Source of the DNA: an uncultured Clostridia bacterium
GTDB taxonomy: Bacteria; Bacillota; Clostridia; Christensenellales; CAAEEZ01
DNA: 64,000 nt
Assembly (NCBI GenBank): GCA_934365195.1
Contig: CAKRNA010000001.1
Span: forward strand, 95,301 to 159,300
Direction: 5' to 3'
A program made the translations under genes and the position numbers. Positions within the stretch are counted from its first letter, which is position 1; each line of letters begins with the position of its first letter. Positions 18,399-28,020 of the stretch are shown here, piece after piece. The notes under the pieces were generated by a model. It saw only the letters and a program-made list of their open reading frames with translations. It was not told where the DNA came from and made no database searches.

Positions 18399-18598
18399 GT
18401 CGTTATTTTCTACGATAAGTAATTTTTTCCTTTTTTAGTTGTATTTCGTCAAAATTTACCCTTTCATATTTCTGCATTTTTTTTTGTAGAATAATACAAG
18501 TTTTAGGCTAAACCAACCTAACTTCCGCTACTAAGATTTATAAGCATTAAAATGCGTTTGTTCTAAGTAGCCTTATAAAATAGGCGTTACGCCACTCT

Positions 18599-19759
18599 TT
18601 AATAATAGGTTACGGTCACCTCTTTTCCCGCCTTTTTTAGCGCGCTAATCAGCCCGTTAATATTGTTTTGCTTATCCTCAACGGACACGGCAGAACTGCT
18701 GTTTGCCAGGTTAATCGCTTGCCCGATAATTAGGTGCACGTCGGTTGCGTAATTAAACAAATAGTCGCAAATAATCGACGCTCCGTCGTGGCTTTCAAAC
18801 GACTTGGATTTTAGGGTATTTCTATCGTTGTACTCGTTAGCAAGTTTTAGCGCCTCGCCTATCGTCACCGCCCCTTCGGTTACTAAATCTATCCCCTTGA
18901 TTGCCGAAATAGGTGGTACGCTACTTACTACTATCGGGAAGTTCGTGTCTATATTTTCTTGTAGCAACCCAGCGACTATTTTTGCCGTTGTGCCCCCACA
19001 CACAATCTTAATGCCGTCGCTACTTACCAGTTCGTGTACTGCGTTTTCGTCCAACTCCTTATCGGTAGGAGGCCCTATCATCACGGTTGCAAGCCTCTTT
19101 TTTATTAGCCCGACAGCAAGGCAAGTCGTGTCGTCGCTAGGCTCGTCTAGGTACAAGTCGTTGCAAGCCGAAGTTACCATAAGCGCCAGTTCCGTTGCCG
19201 ACTCTCCGCCTTTAAGATGACGGTCAAGGTGCTCCATAATAGATTCCCTGCGCCAGCCTGCGTTAAGGGTTATGCCCACTCCTGCGTGCGTTGCGCCGTC
19301 GCTCATTACCACGATATAATCGCCCACTTCCATTTTCAGTTTCGTCCTGTAAATAGTCTTGCCTGAAACGGTGGTTTTTTCCCTATCGAAGTTGTGACAT
19401 TTACCGCCTTTAACCAGCACGGCGTCGGGGTTGTCGAACTCTATCATATAGCCGTTACCCTCGTCGTCAACCACTATCGAGGTAAAGGTAGAATAAGCAA
19501 CGTTTCTCACCTTGCAAACGGGCAAAGTTTCGGCAATAGTATCCACACACTCCTCAATAGGCACGTCATTTGCCAGCATCGTGGACAAAATTTTGCTTGT
19601 CATCATAGACAAAATATTAGCCTTTACGCCACTACCTAAGCCGTCCGCTAGGGTGAATGCGGTTATTTTATTTCCTCGGTTTACCTCCACGTTGTCGCCG
19701 CAAAGTTGCTCGCCGAATTTGGTTAGGGATATGTAGCCGTAATCAATCTTCGTTTCCAT
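18599..19759 (-). CDS. PP2C/SpoIIE-type serine phosphatase with an extra C-terminal domain
   Basis: 386 aa. The N-terminal 'FGEQLCGDNVEV...TLADGLGSGVKANILS...VMSDGATHAG' matches SpoIIE/PP2C metal-binding blocks. 17-nt overlap with the upstream hydS-like gene. Confidence 0.75.
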   Translation of the reverse strand: METKIDYGYISLTKFGEQLCGDNVEVNRGNKITAFTLADGLGSGVKANILSMMTSKILSTMLANDVPIEECVDTIAETLPVCKVRNVAYSTFTSIVVDDEGNGYMIEFDNPDAVLVKGGKCHNFDREKTTVSGKTIYRTKLKMEVGDYIVVMSDGATHAGVGITLNAGWRRESIMEHLDRHLKGGESATELALMVTSACNDLYLDEPSDDTTCLAVGLIKKRLATVMIGPPTDKELDENAVHELVSSDGIKIVCGGTTAKIVAGLLQENIDTNFPIVVSSVPPISAIKGIDLVTEGAVTIGEALKLANEYNDRNTLKSKSFESHDGASIICDYLFNYATDVHLIIGQAINLANSSSAVSVEDKQNNINGLISALKKAGKEVTVTYY

Positions 19760-21437
19760 CTTTTACCTCGGTTTTGCTAATTGCCGATTTTAGATTTATA
19801 AGCGCAATTTTGGTTTCTGCCGTTGTTTCGCCAAGTAATGACGCTATTTCTTGCGCCACTCTCATTTGTTTTTCAATAACGGCGTCGGTGGTTTTTAAAG
19901 TATCCATACGCATTTTTGCCAGCATTTCGTCCTTTCGAACTTGCTCGGTAATATCTGCAAAAATACCAAACATTACGTTGTAATCTTTTAAGTACGTTAC
20001 CGTCGAATTTGCCACAATATTAGTTTTATCTAGCAAAACTTCACTATTAACCTGCGTTTTGTCCGTCATCGCCGTTAAAAAGTCGGTTGGGTTGTAGTAG
20101 TCGACAAGCGGCGTACCCTTAACCTCGTCCACCGTAACCCCTAGCATTTCTTTTGCTTTTTGGTTCATATCCACCACACTTAAATCGCTATCCACTAGGA
20201 TAATTCCGTTAGGGCTGTTGTGGATAATTTCGTACGACATCGTTTCGGCTTTTTCCCTCATATAAGGCAAGCACATCTCCACGTCTGCATACCCCAAAGC
20301 CACGGCGTAAGCCTTATCCCTACAACTAGAATAGCCACACGCACCGCAATTTAGTTCGTCCTCTTTGGTGAATTTGTTGGTTTTTGCAAGGATAGATTTT
20401 ATCTCGCTTTCGCTAACCCTTTCGTTTATTACGTTAGGGTAATGTTGTTTGGTTATATCCACTTCGTCCTTGTTTTCTATCAAAATATCGGTTTTACCCG
20501 TCTTTGCGTACTTTCTAACCTCGCCGTTTAGCACCACCGAAGTAGCCTTGTTTTTAAGTGAGCAAGGTCCGTTTATGCAGGAATACTCGCAAGCGTTAAG
20601 TTCCAAAAACGCCCCTTCGATATTCTCGATATTTTCAAGCATTTCCATACATTTTTGCAAACCGTCGATAGCCAAATACTCGTACTTTTCGTTAAACCTA
20701 TCCAGCGACTTTATTATTCCCCTACTAATAGGGTAATTTCTTGCTTTGTTAAAACCTACCTCACCGGTATCTTCTACTTTTTCAAGTTCTATTCCCTCTA
20801 CGCTAAGTAGTTTAAACAAGTCCTCGTAAGTAAGCACACCGTCGATAATTCCGCTCTCCACCGCCTCTTTTTTCTTGGCAATACAAGGGCCTATAAACAC
20901 GATTTTTGCGTCGGGATACTTTACTTTAAGTAGTTTTGCATGCGCAATCATAGGCGTATCCACCTTCGCTAGATAGTCTATGGCTTTCGGGTAATATTTC
21001 TCTATTAGGTTGTTTACCGCAGGACAACACGAGGTGATAAAGTTTTTGTACTCGCCCTCATCTAGTAGTTTTGCGTATTTCTCGGTTACAAGTTTTGCAC
21101 CAACGGCTGTTTCCTCCACGTCGAAAAAGCCCAGTTTTAGTAGCGCATTTTTCATAGTGGCTAAGTTTAGCACGCCGAAACTAGACACAAAACTCGGCGC
21201 AAGGCTGACCACCACCTTCTCTCCGCTTGCAAGTAATTCTTGCACGCTAAGTAGTTCAGAGTGCACCATTTTTGCATTTTGCGGGCAAACCCTAGTACAA
21301 GTACCGCACAAAATACACTTTTCATCTATAATTTTCGCTTGGTGTTCTATAACTGCTATCGCCTTAACGGGACACTCCCTAAGACATTTATAGCAGTCCT
21401 TACATTTTGCTTCCTTAAAATCCAAAAACTTTACCAT
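19743..21437 (-). CDS. hydS: Sensory (group C, HydS-like) [FeFe]-hydrogenase homologue with C-terminal PAS domain
   Basis: 564 aa with two N-terminal ferredoxin CxxCxxCxxxCP motifs. H-cluster motifs are 'TSCCP', 'GPCIAKKKE' and 'ACEYSCINGPC'. An extra 'CGACGYSSC' cluster is followed by a PAS-like segment ('IIHNSPNGIILVDSDLSVVDMNQKAKEMLG'). Confidence 0.8.
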   Translation of the reverse strand: MVKFLDFKEAKCKDCYKCLRECPVKAIAVIEHQAKIIDEKCILCGTCTRVCPQNAKMVHSELLSVQELLASGEKVVVSLAPSFVSSFGVLNLATMKNALLKLGFFDVEETAVGAKLVTEKYAKLLDEGEYKNFITSCCPAVNNLIEKYYPKAIDYLAKVDTPMIAHAKLLKVKYPDAKIVFIGPCIAKKKEAVESGIIDGVLTYEDLFKLLSVEGIELEKVEDTGEVGFNKARNYPISRGIIKSLDRFNEKYEYLAIDGLQKCMEMLENIENIEGAFLELNACEYSCINGPCSLKNKATSVVLNGEVRKYAKTGKTDILIENKDEVDITKQHYPNVINERVSESEIKSILAKTNKFTKEDELNCGACGYSSCRDKAYAVALGYADVEMCLPYMREKAETMSYEIIHNSPNGIILVDSDLSVVDMNQKAKEMLGVTVDEVKGTPLVDYYNPTDFLTAMTDKTQVNSEVLLDKTNIVANSTVTYLKDYNVMFGIFADITEQVRKDEMLAKMRMDTLKTTDAVIEKQMRVAQEIASLLGETTAETKIALINLKSAISKTEVKDGNED

Positions 21438-21583
21438 AATTTTCTCCTAAAAAAATTATATCACCCATTTTGTCGTTTAGCAATATGGATTATTTAGATT
21501 ATAGTATTTTTTATATATAGTTTTATTGTTACTTTTAATCAATATATTTTTACTTTAACTTTTATTTTCTTGCCGTTTTAAAT

Positions 21584-21606
21584 AAAAAAATGCGACCGAA
21601 GTCGCA
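21584..21606 (-). terminator. Rho-independent terminator after the DUF6320 gene
   Basis: TGCGAC-CGAA-GTCGCA with an A7 run on the plus strand. Confidence 0.8.
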
Positions 21607-21610
21607 CTTA

Positions 21611-22306
21611 TTAAGCCCTAAATTTCAGCCTAAAACCTTTCCTTAGGTATTTTCTGCCGGCTATGACCAAAACGATTATTTGCACCGCCGAGCACACCGA
21701 CACCATTATTGCAAAGTGCCCGCTTTCTATCACTTTTGATAGGTACAAAATCAGCGGCAAAAAACCCGTAACACTAAACCAAATACAGTCTATAATCAGG
21801 CTTTTATCGGTTTTTACAAAGCAAGCGGTAAGTATCCACATAACTAGGTTCGATACGCCTATAACCAGCGGCAACGCAATATCAAGCGACCAAAACCACA
21901 CGTCCTCTATCACGCCCATTTGGAACAAAAAGTTGCTGATTGCCCAAATAAACGCAAATACAATAAAGCCCTGCCACAGTATTTTGTGCGATATCGTACT
22001 ACGGGAAAGAATGGTATTTTCCACCAAAATGTACACGTACATTAAAACGATTGCCACCATCCAAAACCACTTTTTTTCGGGCATAACTGCCATATTTACT
22101 GCCACCGTGATTAAAAATACTAGGCTGGCTATAAGTGTGTACATAGGGGTGAACGACAGCCATTTGTAACTTTTGCCACGCTTCTTTTTAATCGGGTAAA
22201 CGTACTCGGCGTTTTCGTTTTCGCTACTTGCCTCTAAGGGCATCTTACACAACGGGCAAAAATCCGCCTTGCCGTATATCTCCACGTTACAATGTTTGCA
22301 TTTCAT
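21611..22306 (-). CDS. Zinc-ribbon plus 6-TM membrane protein (DUF6320-like)
   Basis: Start at ATG 22306 (MKCKHCNVEIYGKADFCPLCK...) with a GGAGG RBS. The remainder is polytopic. Overlaps the upstream gene by 20 nt. Confidence 0.6.
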   Translation of the reverse strand: MKCKHCNVEIYGKADFCPLCKMPLEASSENENAEYVYPIKKKRGKSYKWLSFTPMYTLIASLVFLITVAVNMAVMPEKKWFWMVAIVLMYVYILVENTILSRSTISHKILWQGFIVFAFIWAISNFLFQMGVIEDVWFWSLDIALPLVIGVSNLVMWILTACFVKTDKSLIIDCIWFSVTGFLPLILYLSKVIESGHFAIMVSVCSAVQIIVLVIAGRKYLRKGFRLKFRA

Positions 22307-23600
22307 ATCTTGCCTCCACGCTGTTTGACGCAACCGTTAAGTTTATACCGAACTCGTTAAGTATTTTAGCAAACTCTCTTTCAATCTCGGTAGATTTAAG
22401 TATGCTTGTAAAAGTGATGCAAGTCTCATCGCCAAGCGTACCTATCGTCATACTTATCGGCGTTTTAGCATTAACGCTTACAGAGTACGCAATGCTTCTG
22501 ACGTGCTCGCTCATTCCCTTAGGCAGCCTTGCGATCCCGATATTAGATACGGTAGCCGTCTTGTTGCTTTTCCCTACGAACAGGTTGCTAAAAGTAAAGA
22601 TAGCCTGCTTAAACACTAACGGCAAAATCCTGAACAAAAAGAACTTCTCGCCCATTACCGTGGTGTTTATCTTTTGTTGCATAAGTTCCTTGTTGTTATC
22701 CCTCTTTATGCTATCGTGAAAACGCTTAATAGCATCGTCAAGGGTTAGGTTATTCGTTGGGATTTCCACCCTAGAAAACAATGAAAAGTTTTTTAGCGAC
22801 CTAGAATTGAACATTTTTCTTAGGTTTATCGGGCACATTATTTGTAACGGCCTCGTATTTTGCTTTTTGCCCTCGATTTGCGCCCTATATAACGCAAGGC
22901 AAAACGCTCCGCCCATAAACTCCGTAATAGTACTGTTTTTGCTTTTTGCCACGCTAAGTAATTCGTCGCTTTTGCAGTACAAATGGATAATATTGCTGCC
23001 GTACGCCTTATTTATTAAATCACCCTCTACGTGATAAGCAGCCTCACCCGTTAGCGAATGAATTTTAAGGTTCTTAATTTTGGTTTTTTGGAAGTTTGCA
23101 ACGAAACTATCCTCAAACTCCTTACTATCGATAGGCACGTCCTTAGTTAGCACTTGCCCCTCGTTTATAATATCCACGTTTTGCAGTTTTAGGTAGTAGT
23201 AAATAATGCATTTCAAAAATTCGCTACCCCCCGTACCGTCGCATAGCACGTGGAAAAAGTCCGCAACTATTAGTTTTTTGTAGTAGGATATTCTAAAACA
23301 ATAATCGTTGTTTTTGGTAAAGTTTATCTTTTTAAGCCCGATATCGTCCAGTTCCTTCACCCTGAATTTACGCTCGTTTTTGTCAAAATAATACCAAAAA
23401 ACGCCCTTTTCCAGTTTTACTTTAAAGGACGGGAAACGGTCGAAGGCAATCTCCACCGCTTTTTCCAAAGTAGCCTTGTCTACGTCGCTATCCATAGCGT
23501 AGGTTATTCTAAAAATATTTTGTTTGTCGTCAGTCATAAGCATAGGATAAATCAATGCTGAGTTATCCAGTTTGTGCCAGCCCAAAGTTAACTTTTCCAT
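22287..23600 (-). CDS. Condensation-domain / alcohol-acetyltransferase-like acyltransferase (HxxxDG)
   Basis: 437 aa with 'FFHVLCDGTGG', the catalytic HxxxDG of the CAT/NRPS-C/PapA5/WS-DGAT superfamily. N-terminal 'WHKLDNSALIYP'. Confidence 0.6.
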   Translation of the reverse strand: MEKLTLGWHKLDNSALIYPMLMTDDKQNIFRITYAMDSDVDKATLEKAVEIAFDRFPSFKVKLEKGVFWYYFDKNERKFRVKELDDIGLKKINFTKNNDYCFRISYYKKLIVADFFHVLCDGTGGSEFLKCIIYYYLKLQNVDIINEGQVLTKDVPIDSKEFEDSFVANFQKTKIKNLKIHSLTGEAAYHVEGDLINKAYGSNIIHLYCKSDELLSVAKSKNSTITEFMGGAFCLALYRAQIEGKKQNTRPLQIMCPINLRKMFNSRSLKNFSLFSRVEIPTNNLTLDDAIKRFHDSIKRDNNKELMQQKINTTVMGEKFFLFRILPLVFKQAIFTFSNLFVGKSNKTATVSNIGIARLPKGMSEHVRSIAYSVSVNAKTPISMTIGTLGDETCITFTSILKSTEIEREFAKILNEFGINLTVASNSVEARYEMQTL

Positions 23601-23658
23601 ATAAAAATATTATACTAGAATAATAGAATAATTGCAACCTTAATACAATCTTATAAAA

Positions 23659-23681
23659 TAAAAAACCCCGACCAAGTCGGG
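23659..23681 (-). terminator. Rho-independent terminator after the 75-aa gene
   Basis: CCCGAC-CAA-GTCGGG preceded by an A-run on the plus strand. Confidence 0.75.
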
Positions 23682-23693
23682 ATTTAGTAGAAA

Positions 23694-23921
23694 CTATTTT
23701 GCTAAAATCATATGATGGTTAATTAAGCACCAAATTGCATCTAACCAACCTATAATTACACCGCCGAATGTTACAAGCACCGCAATTAGCACGTGCAAGA
23801 AATCCTTTTTCGTCATTGCTACAGACCATCTTACACCTATCTCTATTACCCAGTTTACAACAGGAATAAACAAAAGTATTATTTGGATAAGACGTGGTTG
23901 TTTGTTAAACCATTTTGCCAT
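23694..23921 (-). CDS. Small two-TM membrane protein, unknown function
   Basis: 75 aa with two hydrophobic helices and its own terminator. No family recognised. Confidence 0.45.
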   Translation of the reverse strand: MAKWFNKQPRLIQIILLFIPVVNWVIEIGVRWSVAMTKKDFLHVLIAVLVTFGGVIIGWLDAIWCLINHHMILAK

Positions 23922-23989
23922 ACTACTTATACCTCCCTACAAAAAATTATAGACCAACTTTTTGGTATAAGCAATACTAAAACGAAAAT

Positions 23990-24673
23990 TTATTCGTGTT
24001 TTCCTATCTCTTTTATATTGTTTATCAAAACGTCGTTGATGTAAAGCCTAAACGACGTACCCAAAAATCTTGCCGCTTTTTCGCTTATTACTATTCTTGA
24101 CAAATATATCTCGAAATATTCCATAACGGAGGACATATTGTCCATATAAATCTTGCTTAAAATCAGTTTGTTTTCGGCGTCAACCTCCACCACGTTCTTC
24201 TTAATAGAATAGTTTACCCTATCGTGAATATCGTTAGGATTAAAGTTGCCTTTATGCACTCTCGTTTTGTGTGCGTCGGACTTATCGGCGATAATTAGCG
24301 CTGCGCTGATAGGATTTATCGGAACGCCTATCTCCTCCTCGTGATTGCCGATAGCACCTATTACGGCGGTTACTTCCTCGGGCGGCATACCCATACGGTT
24401 AAGAATATCAAACGCAAGGTTTGCCCCCGTAATTCCGTGATATTTACGGTTGATGCAGTTGCCTATATCGTGCAAATAGCCCGCAATATACCCCAGTTCC
24501 ACCGTTCTTTCGTCATAGCCGAGTTTGGACAAAATCGTGCCCGTAATCCTAGACACGTAGCCTGCGTGCCTTTCGCCGTGCTCGGTGTAATTCATTACGT
24601 CAAGGCTCTTATCGGTGGCTTTAATCAAAGCCCTTACCATTGCGTCGTTTTTGATTTGTTTAAGCGTTACCAT
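23990..24673 (-). CDS. HD/HDIG-domain phosphohydrolase
   Basis: 227 aa with 'HGERHAGYVS' and 'YLHDIGN' (H...HD metal motif). 14-nt overlap with the upstream gene. Confidence 0.75.
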   Translation of the reverse strand: MVTLKQIKNDAMVRALIKATDKSLDVMNYTEHGERHAGYVSRITGTILSKLGYDERTVELGYIAGYLHDIGNCINRKYHGITGANLAFDILNRMGMPPEEVTAVIGAIGNHEEEIGVPINPISAALIIADKSDAHKTRVHKGNFNPNDIHDRVNYSIKKNVVEVDAENKLILSKIYMDNMSSVMEYFEIYLSRIVISEKAARFLGTSFRLYINDVLINNIKEIGKHE

Positions 24674-25496
24674 TCGTCTTTTCCTTATTAGTTACGATTT
24701 TTTTATAGTACTCGTCCTCGGTAAAGTCCTTTTCGTACTCGAACTCTCCGCCCAGCCTTTCAACTGCGTTTCTCAGTTCGATAAATTCCATATAATTTAA
24801 GTCCTTGTCAAGAACGAAACTATTTATCATATTTACGGCTTTATTATCGCCAAACCTACCTAGCATCTCTGCTACTTGGCATAAATCGTTGCCTCTATAT
24901 AGCATAGTTACCAGCCACATAAAAATATTCTCGTTATCATTGTAATTAGACAAAATATCTGCAAAAATAAATTGCGTGTCCTCGTCCACCTCGTACATAA
25001 TCGCAAGTATTTTCTCCACCGCCTCTTCGTTGTTTTCGGCAAGCATCTCGTAGCAAGCGGCAATTTTCTCCTCGTTTTCGTCCTTGCTCCTAATTACGTC
25101 TATGCATAGGTCGGTCACTTCGCTATTATCTAGTTCGAACATAATCGTAAAAGCATATTTTAGCGTGTTTCTGTCGTTGCTTTTAATTAGTTTTTTCACA
25201 AGTTCTATTGCGTCGGCACGCTTCACAAGGGCGTCGGTCACGATATCGCTTACTTCCCTTTCGGTGTTTAGCATATATTCGATATAATCAAACAAATTTC
25301 CGCTTTTATCCACAATTTTCACGTACTCGATAGGGGTAAAACCGTCTAATTCCTCGTTTGACCGGTTCACCCAGTCCAAGTACATACTCATAAGTTCTTT
25401 TTCAATCACCTTTACGTCAGCGTATTTTTCCTTGTCGCTTAAAACCTTTTCCCTTACGCTTTTCATAAACAAATCTTCTAAATCAAAATACTTCAT
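24660..25496 (-). CDS. Acidic all-helical protein, unknown function
   Basis: 278 aa, no recognisable catalytic motif. TAATG overlap with the upstream gene. Confidence 0.5.
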   Translation of the reverse strand: MKYFDLEDLFMKSVREKVLSDKEKYADVKVIEKELMSMYLDWVNRSNEELDGFTPIEYVKIVDKSGNLFDYIEYMLNTEREVSDIVTDALVKRADAIELVKKLIKSNDRNTLKYAFTIMFELDNSEVTDLCIDVIRSKDENEEKIAACYEMLAENNEEAVEKILAIMYEVDEDTQFIFADILSNYNDNENIFMWLVTMLYRGNDLCQVAEMLGRFGDNKAVNMINSFVLDKDLNYMEFIELRNAVERLGGEFEYEKDFTEDEYYKKIVTNKEKTNGNA

Positions 25497-27145
25497 TATT
25501 GCTCCTTCGTAGTAAAATCCTTTATCATGCCGTCAAACACGTTGATACACGTTATTAGTTCTTGCTCGTCCACGTTGTAAAACTTGCTTAGCAAGGCGGT
25601 GTTTGAAAACCATTCTCCTTGCTCGTTATTATAGCACAACAACGCCCCGATTATTTGCTCATCTCTGCTTTTTAGAAAATTATCGGGATATTTTTCATAA
25701 ATCTCGCTTAATATTTTTAATTTTTTCGTTATTTTCTTTGCGTCCCTATTCGGGTTTAACGACGCCACAAAGTTGCAAAACAGAGCCTCGTAATACCCGT
25801 TTTTAAGGTTGCCGAAAACCATAGTTAACGGCAAATTAAAATCGTGTGATATATAGTAATTATCTAGGACGAAGGCTATTTTTTTGTTAACGTCGTGGTT
25901 AATTATCACCTTAATTATAGATATTTTTTCACTATTTGCCACGTCGCAATCAATCAGCACTTTATCTAGGATTTTTCTCACGTTTTCGTCGTAGTTTTCT
26001 TCCAAAACCTCTAAGGCGTGATTTACCGTGTACGTATCGGTACACTTTAAGCAAAAGGTAAAAAACTTTCTTACTTCCTCATCTTCAAATTTTTTATCTA
26101 TCTTTTCAACTAGCCTATTCATTCCCGTGTTCGTCACCAGATAAATATTTGCTAGCATTTCGCCCACCGACTCGTACTTTACCTCGCTTAAAATCGCCCT
26201 TTTTAACAAGTAGGTTTCCACTTCCTCGCAAAACAGACTTTCGCACCTATTTATCTCTTTAAGCGCCGTCTTAACGTCGCCTGTTATGTAGTAAAGCATA
26301 GCCCTATAAGTTATCATTCTGCTTGAATACGGCTGACTTTCCACAAGCATATTAGCAAACTGCAAACTTTCCTTATTAAAGGTGGTGTTGCCAAGTATTT
26401 TCGGGAGTTCGATAAGTAGTTCAACGGGGATTTCCAGTTCCATTAGCCTATCCATATTCACCTTTGCCTCGCCGTAGAACTCGAATTGATTGTAAGCATA
26501 CACAAGGTACGCCCTACCGTACGCCTCGAATTTTCCGCCTAGCAAAGTGTAAGCGTACTGAACTAACTCGGTTATTTCGCCAAGCATTACGTAGTTAAAC
26601 GCCTTTTGCTTAATCACCTCGCCGTAGTACTCAAGATGGCTGTAATCCCTAAAATCAAGCAGTTTATTAGAGCCTAAATAGTCGCCTTTTTCAGTTCTAA
26701 CCTTGGCTACTTGCAACATTTTTAATAGATAATCGTCGGTAGGCGGATACACCACCTCAAAGTTGTTTTCGTTTATTGAAAACAATTCGTTCATCAAAGA
26801 AAAATCGCTAACGCTTACTTTTTTTAAGTCCAGATTATAATTGCGATAGTACTTAATTACGGGTATAAAGTCGTTCTCCTCTATTAGATTTTCGACAATT
26901 ACGTACAAACATTCCTTGTCGTGAGTTCTGTCAAACTCCTCAAGCATAACGTTTTTAGACAGCCCAAAAGCACCCATCTCCCCATAAATCGTTGCTAAAA
27001 CGCCCACGGAGTATGCGTTCCTCTTTTCCTCTAACGCTTTTTTGACAAAGAAAATCGCCTTTTCGTAATCCTCGTTGTCCAAAGCGTCCAGCCCGACTTC
27101 TAAAAGCCTATCGCTATCTAATTGTATTTTTTGTACCTTACCCAC
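25496..27145 (-). CDS. TPR-like helical repeat protein, unknown function
   Basis: 549 aa. GTG start directly after the hslO stop (GGAGAATAAGTG). The N-terminus 'NEDYEKAIFFVKKALEE' is TPR-like. No catalytic motif seen. Confidence 0.5.
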   Translation of the reverse strand: MGKVQKIQLDSDRLLEVGLDALDNEDYEKAIFFVKKALEEKRNAYSVGVLATIYGEMGAFGLSKNVMLEEFDRTHDKECLYVIVENLIEENDFIPVIKYYRNYNLDLKKVSVSDFSLMNELFSINENNFEVVYPPTDDYLLKMLQVAKVRTEKGDYLGSNKLLDFRDYSHLEYYGEVIKQKAFNYVMLGEITELVQYAYTLLGGKFEAYGRAYLVYAYNQFEFYGEAKVNMDRLMELEIPVELLIELPKILGNTTFNKESLQFANMLVESQPYSSRMITYRAMLYYITGDVKTALKEINRCESLFCEEVETYLLKRAILSEVKYESVGEMLANIYLVTNTGMNRLVEKIDKKFEDEEVRKFFTFCLKCTDTYTVNHALEVLEENYDENVRKILDKVLIDCDVANSEKISIIKVIINHDVNKKIAFVLDNYYISHDFNLPLTMVFGNLKNGYYEALFCNFVASLNPNRDAKKITKKLKILSEIYEKYPDNFLKSRDEQIIGALLCYNNEQGEWFSNTALLSKFYNVDEQELITCINVFDGMIKDFTTKEQ

Positions 27146-28012
27146 TTATTCTCCAAAAATCTTGTCTATATCTTCTTTGTTAAACACGTATTTTTTGTTG
27201 CAGAACTGACAGCCAACCTCGATTTTCTTATCTTTATCAATAATGTCGTAAGCCTCTTTTTTGCCAACAGCCATTATCACCCTTTCAATCAGTTCCCTAC
27301 TGCAATCGCACTTGAATTTTGGCGTTTGTGGTGGCAACGTTTTCACGTCGAAATGCCCGAAATAGTAGTCGATAATCTCGTCTACCTCCATTTTGTCCAG
27401 CACGCTACTGATATGCGTAAAGTTCGTGCAAATATCTTCAAGCATAGTAATCACCATATCGTTACAGCCGGGCATTGGTTGGATAAATATTCCACCGGCT
27501 GTTTTCACGCCGTTTTTATCCACAAGCACGCCAAGGGCTACCGCCGACGGTTGTTGCTCGCTGGTGGTAAAGTAGTAAGCAAAATCCTCCGCAATCTCCC
27601 CGCTGACAAGTTTACACTTACCCGTGTACGGCTCTTTTAGTCCTAAGTCTTTTATTACGGTTATCTCGCCGTCCGTTCCTACTGCTCCGCCCACGTCGAT
27701 TTTGCCGTCCGCCCTAATAGGCAAGTCCACCGACGGATTTTCTACGTAGCCTTTTACCTCTGCGCCCGTCCTTGCGCTAACCACAATCTTACCGATAGGG
27801 CCTTTGCCGTCTATATTAAAAGATAACCTTTGATTTTCGTCCTTAAATCCGCTAGACATAAAAGCGGCAACCGTCAAGCACCTGCCTAGCACCGCCGTAG
27901 TAGTCGGGGTTAGGCCATGTATTTTTCTTGCCTCTTCCACAAGTTCGGTGTCTTTAATTACCGTGATTAAAACCTTGCCGTCCGCTATAAAAAACTTTTG
28001 TAATTTATCCAT
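27146..28012 (-). CDS. hslO: Hsp33 redox-regulated chaperone
   Basis: 288 aa with the C-terminal zinc switch 'KCDCS...CQFCNKKY'. Confidence 0.9.
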   Translation of the reverse strand: MDKLQKFFIADGKVLITVIKDTELVEEARKIHGLTPTTTAVLGRCLTVAAFMSSGFKDENQRLSFNIDGKGPIGKIVVSARTGAEVKGYVENPSVDLPIRADGKIDVGGAVGTDGEITVIKDLGLKEPYTGKCKLVSGEIAEDFAYYFTTSEQQPSAVALGVLVDKNGVKTAGGIFIQPMPGCNDMVITMLEDICTNFTHISSVLDKMEVDEIIDYYFGHFDVKTLPPQTPKFKCDCSRELIERVIMAVGKKEAYDIIDKDKKIEVGCQFCNKKYVFNKEDIDKIFGE

Positions 28013-28020
28013 ATTAACCT

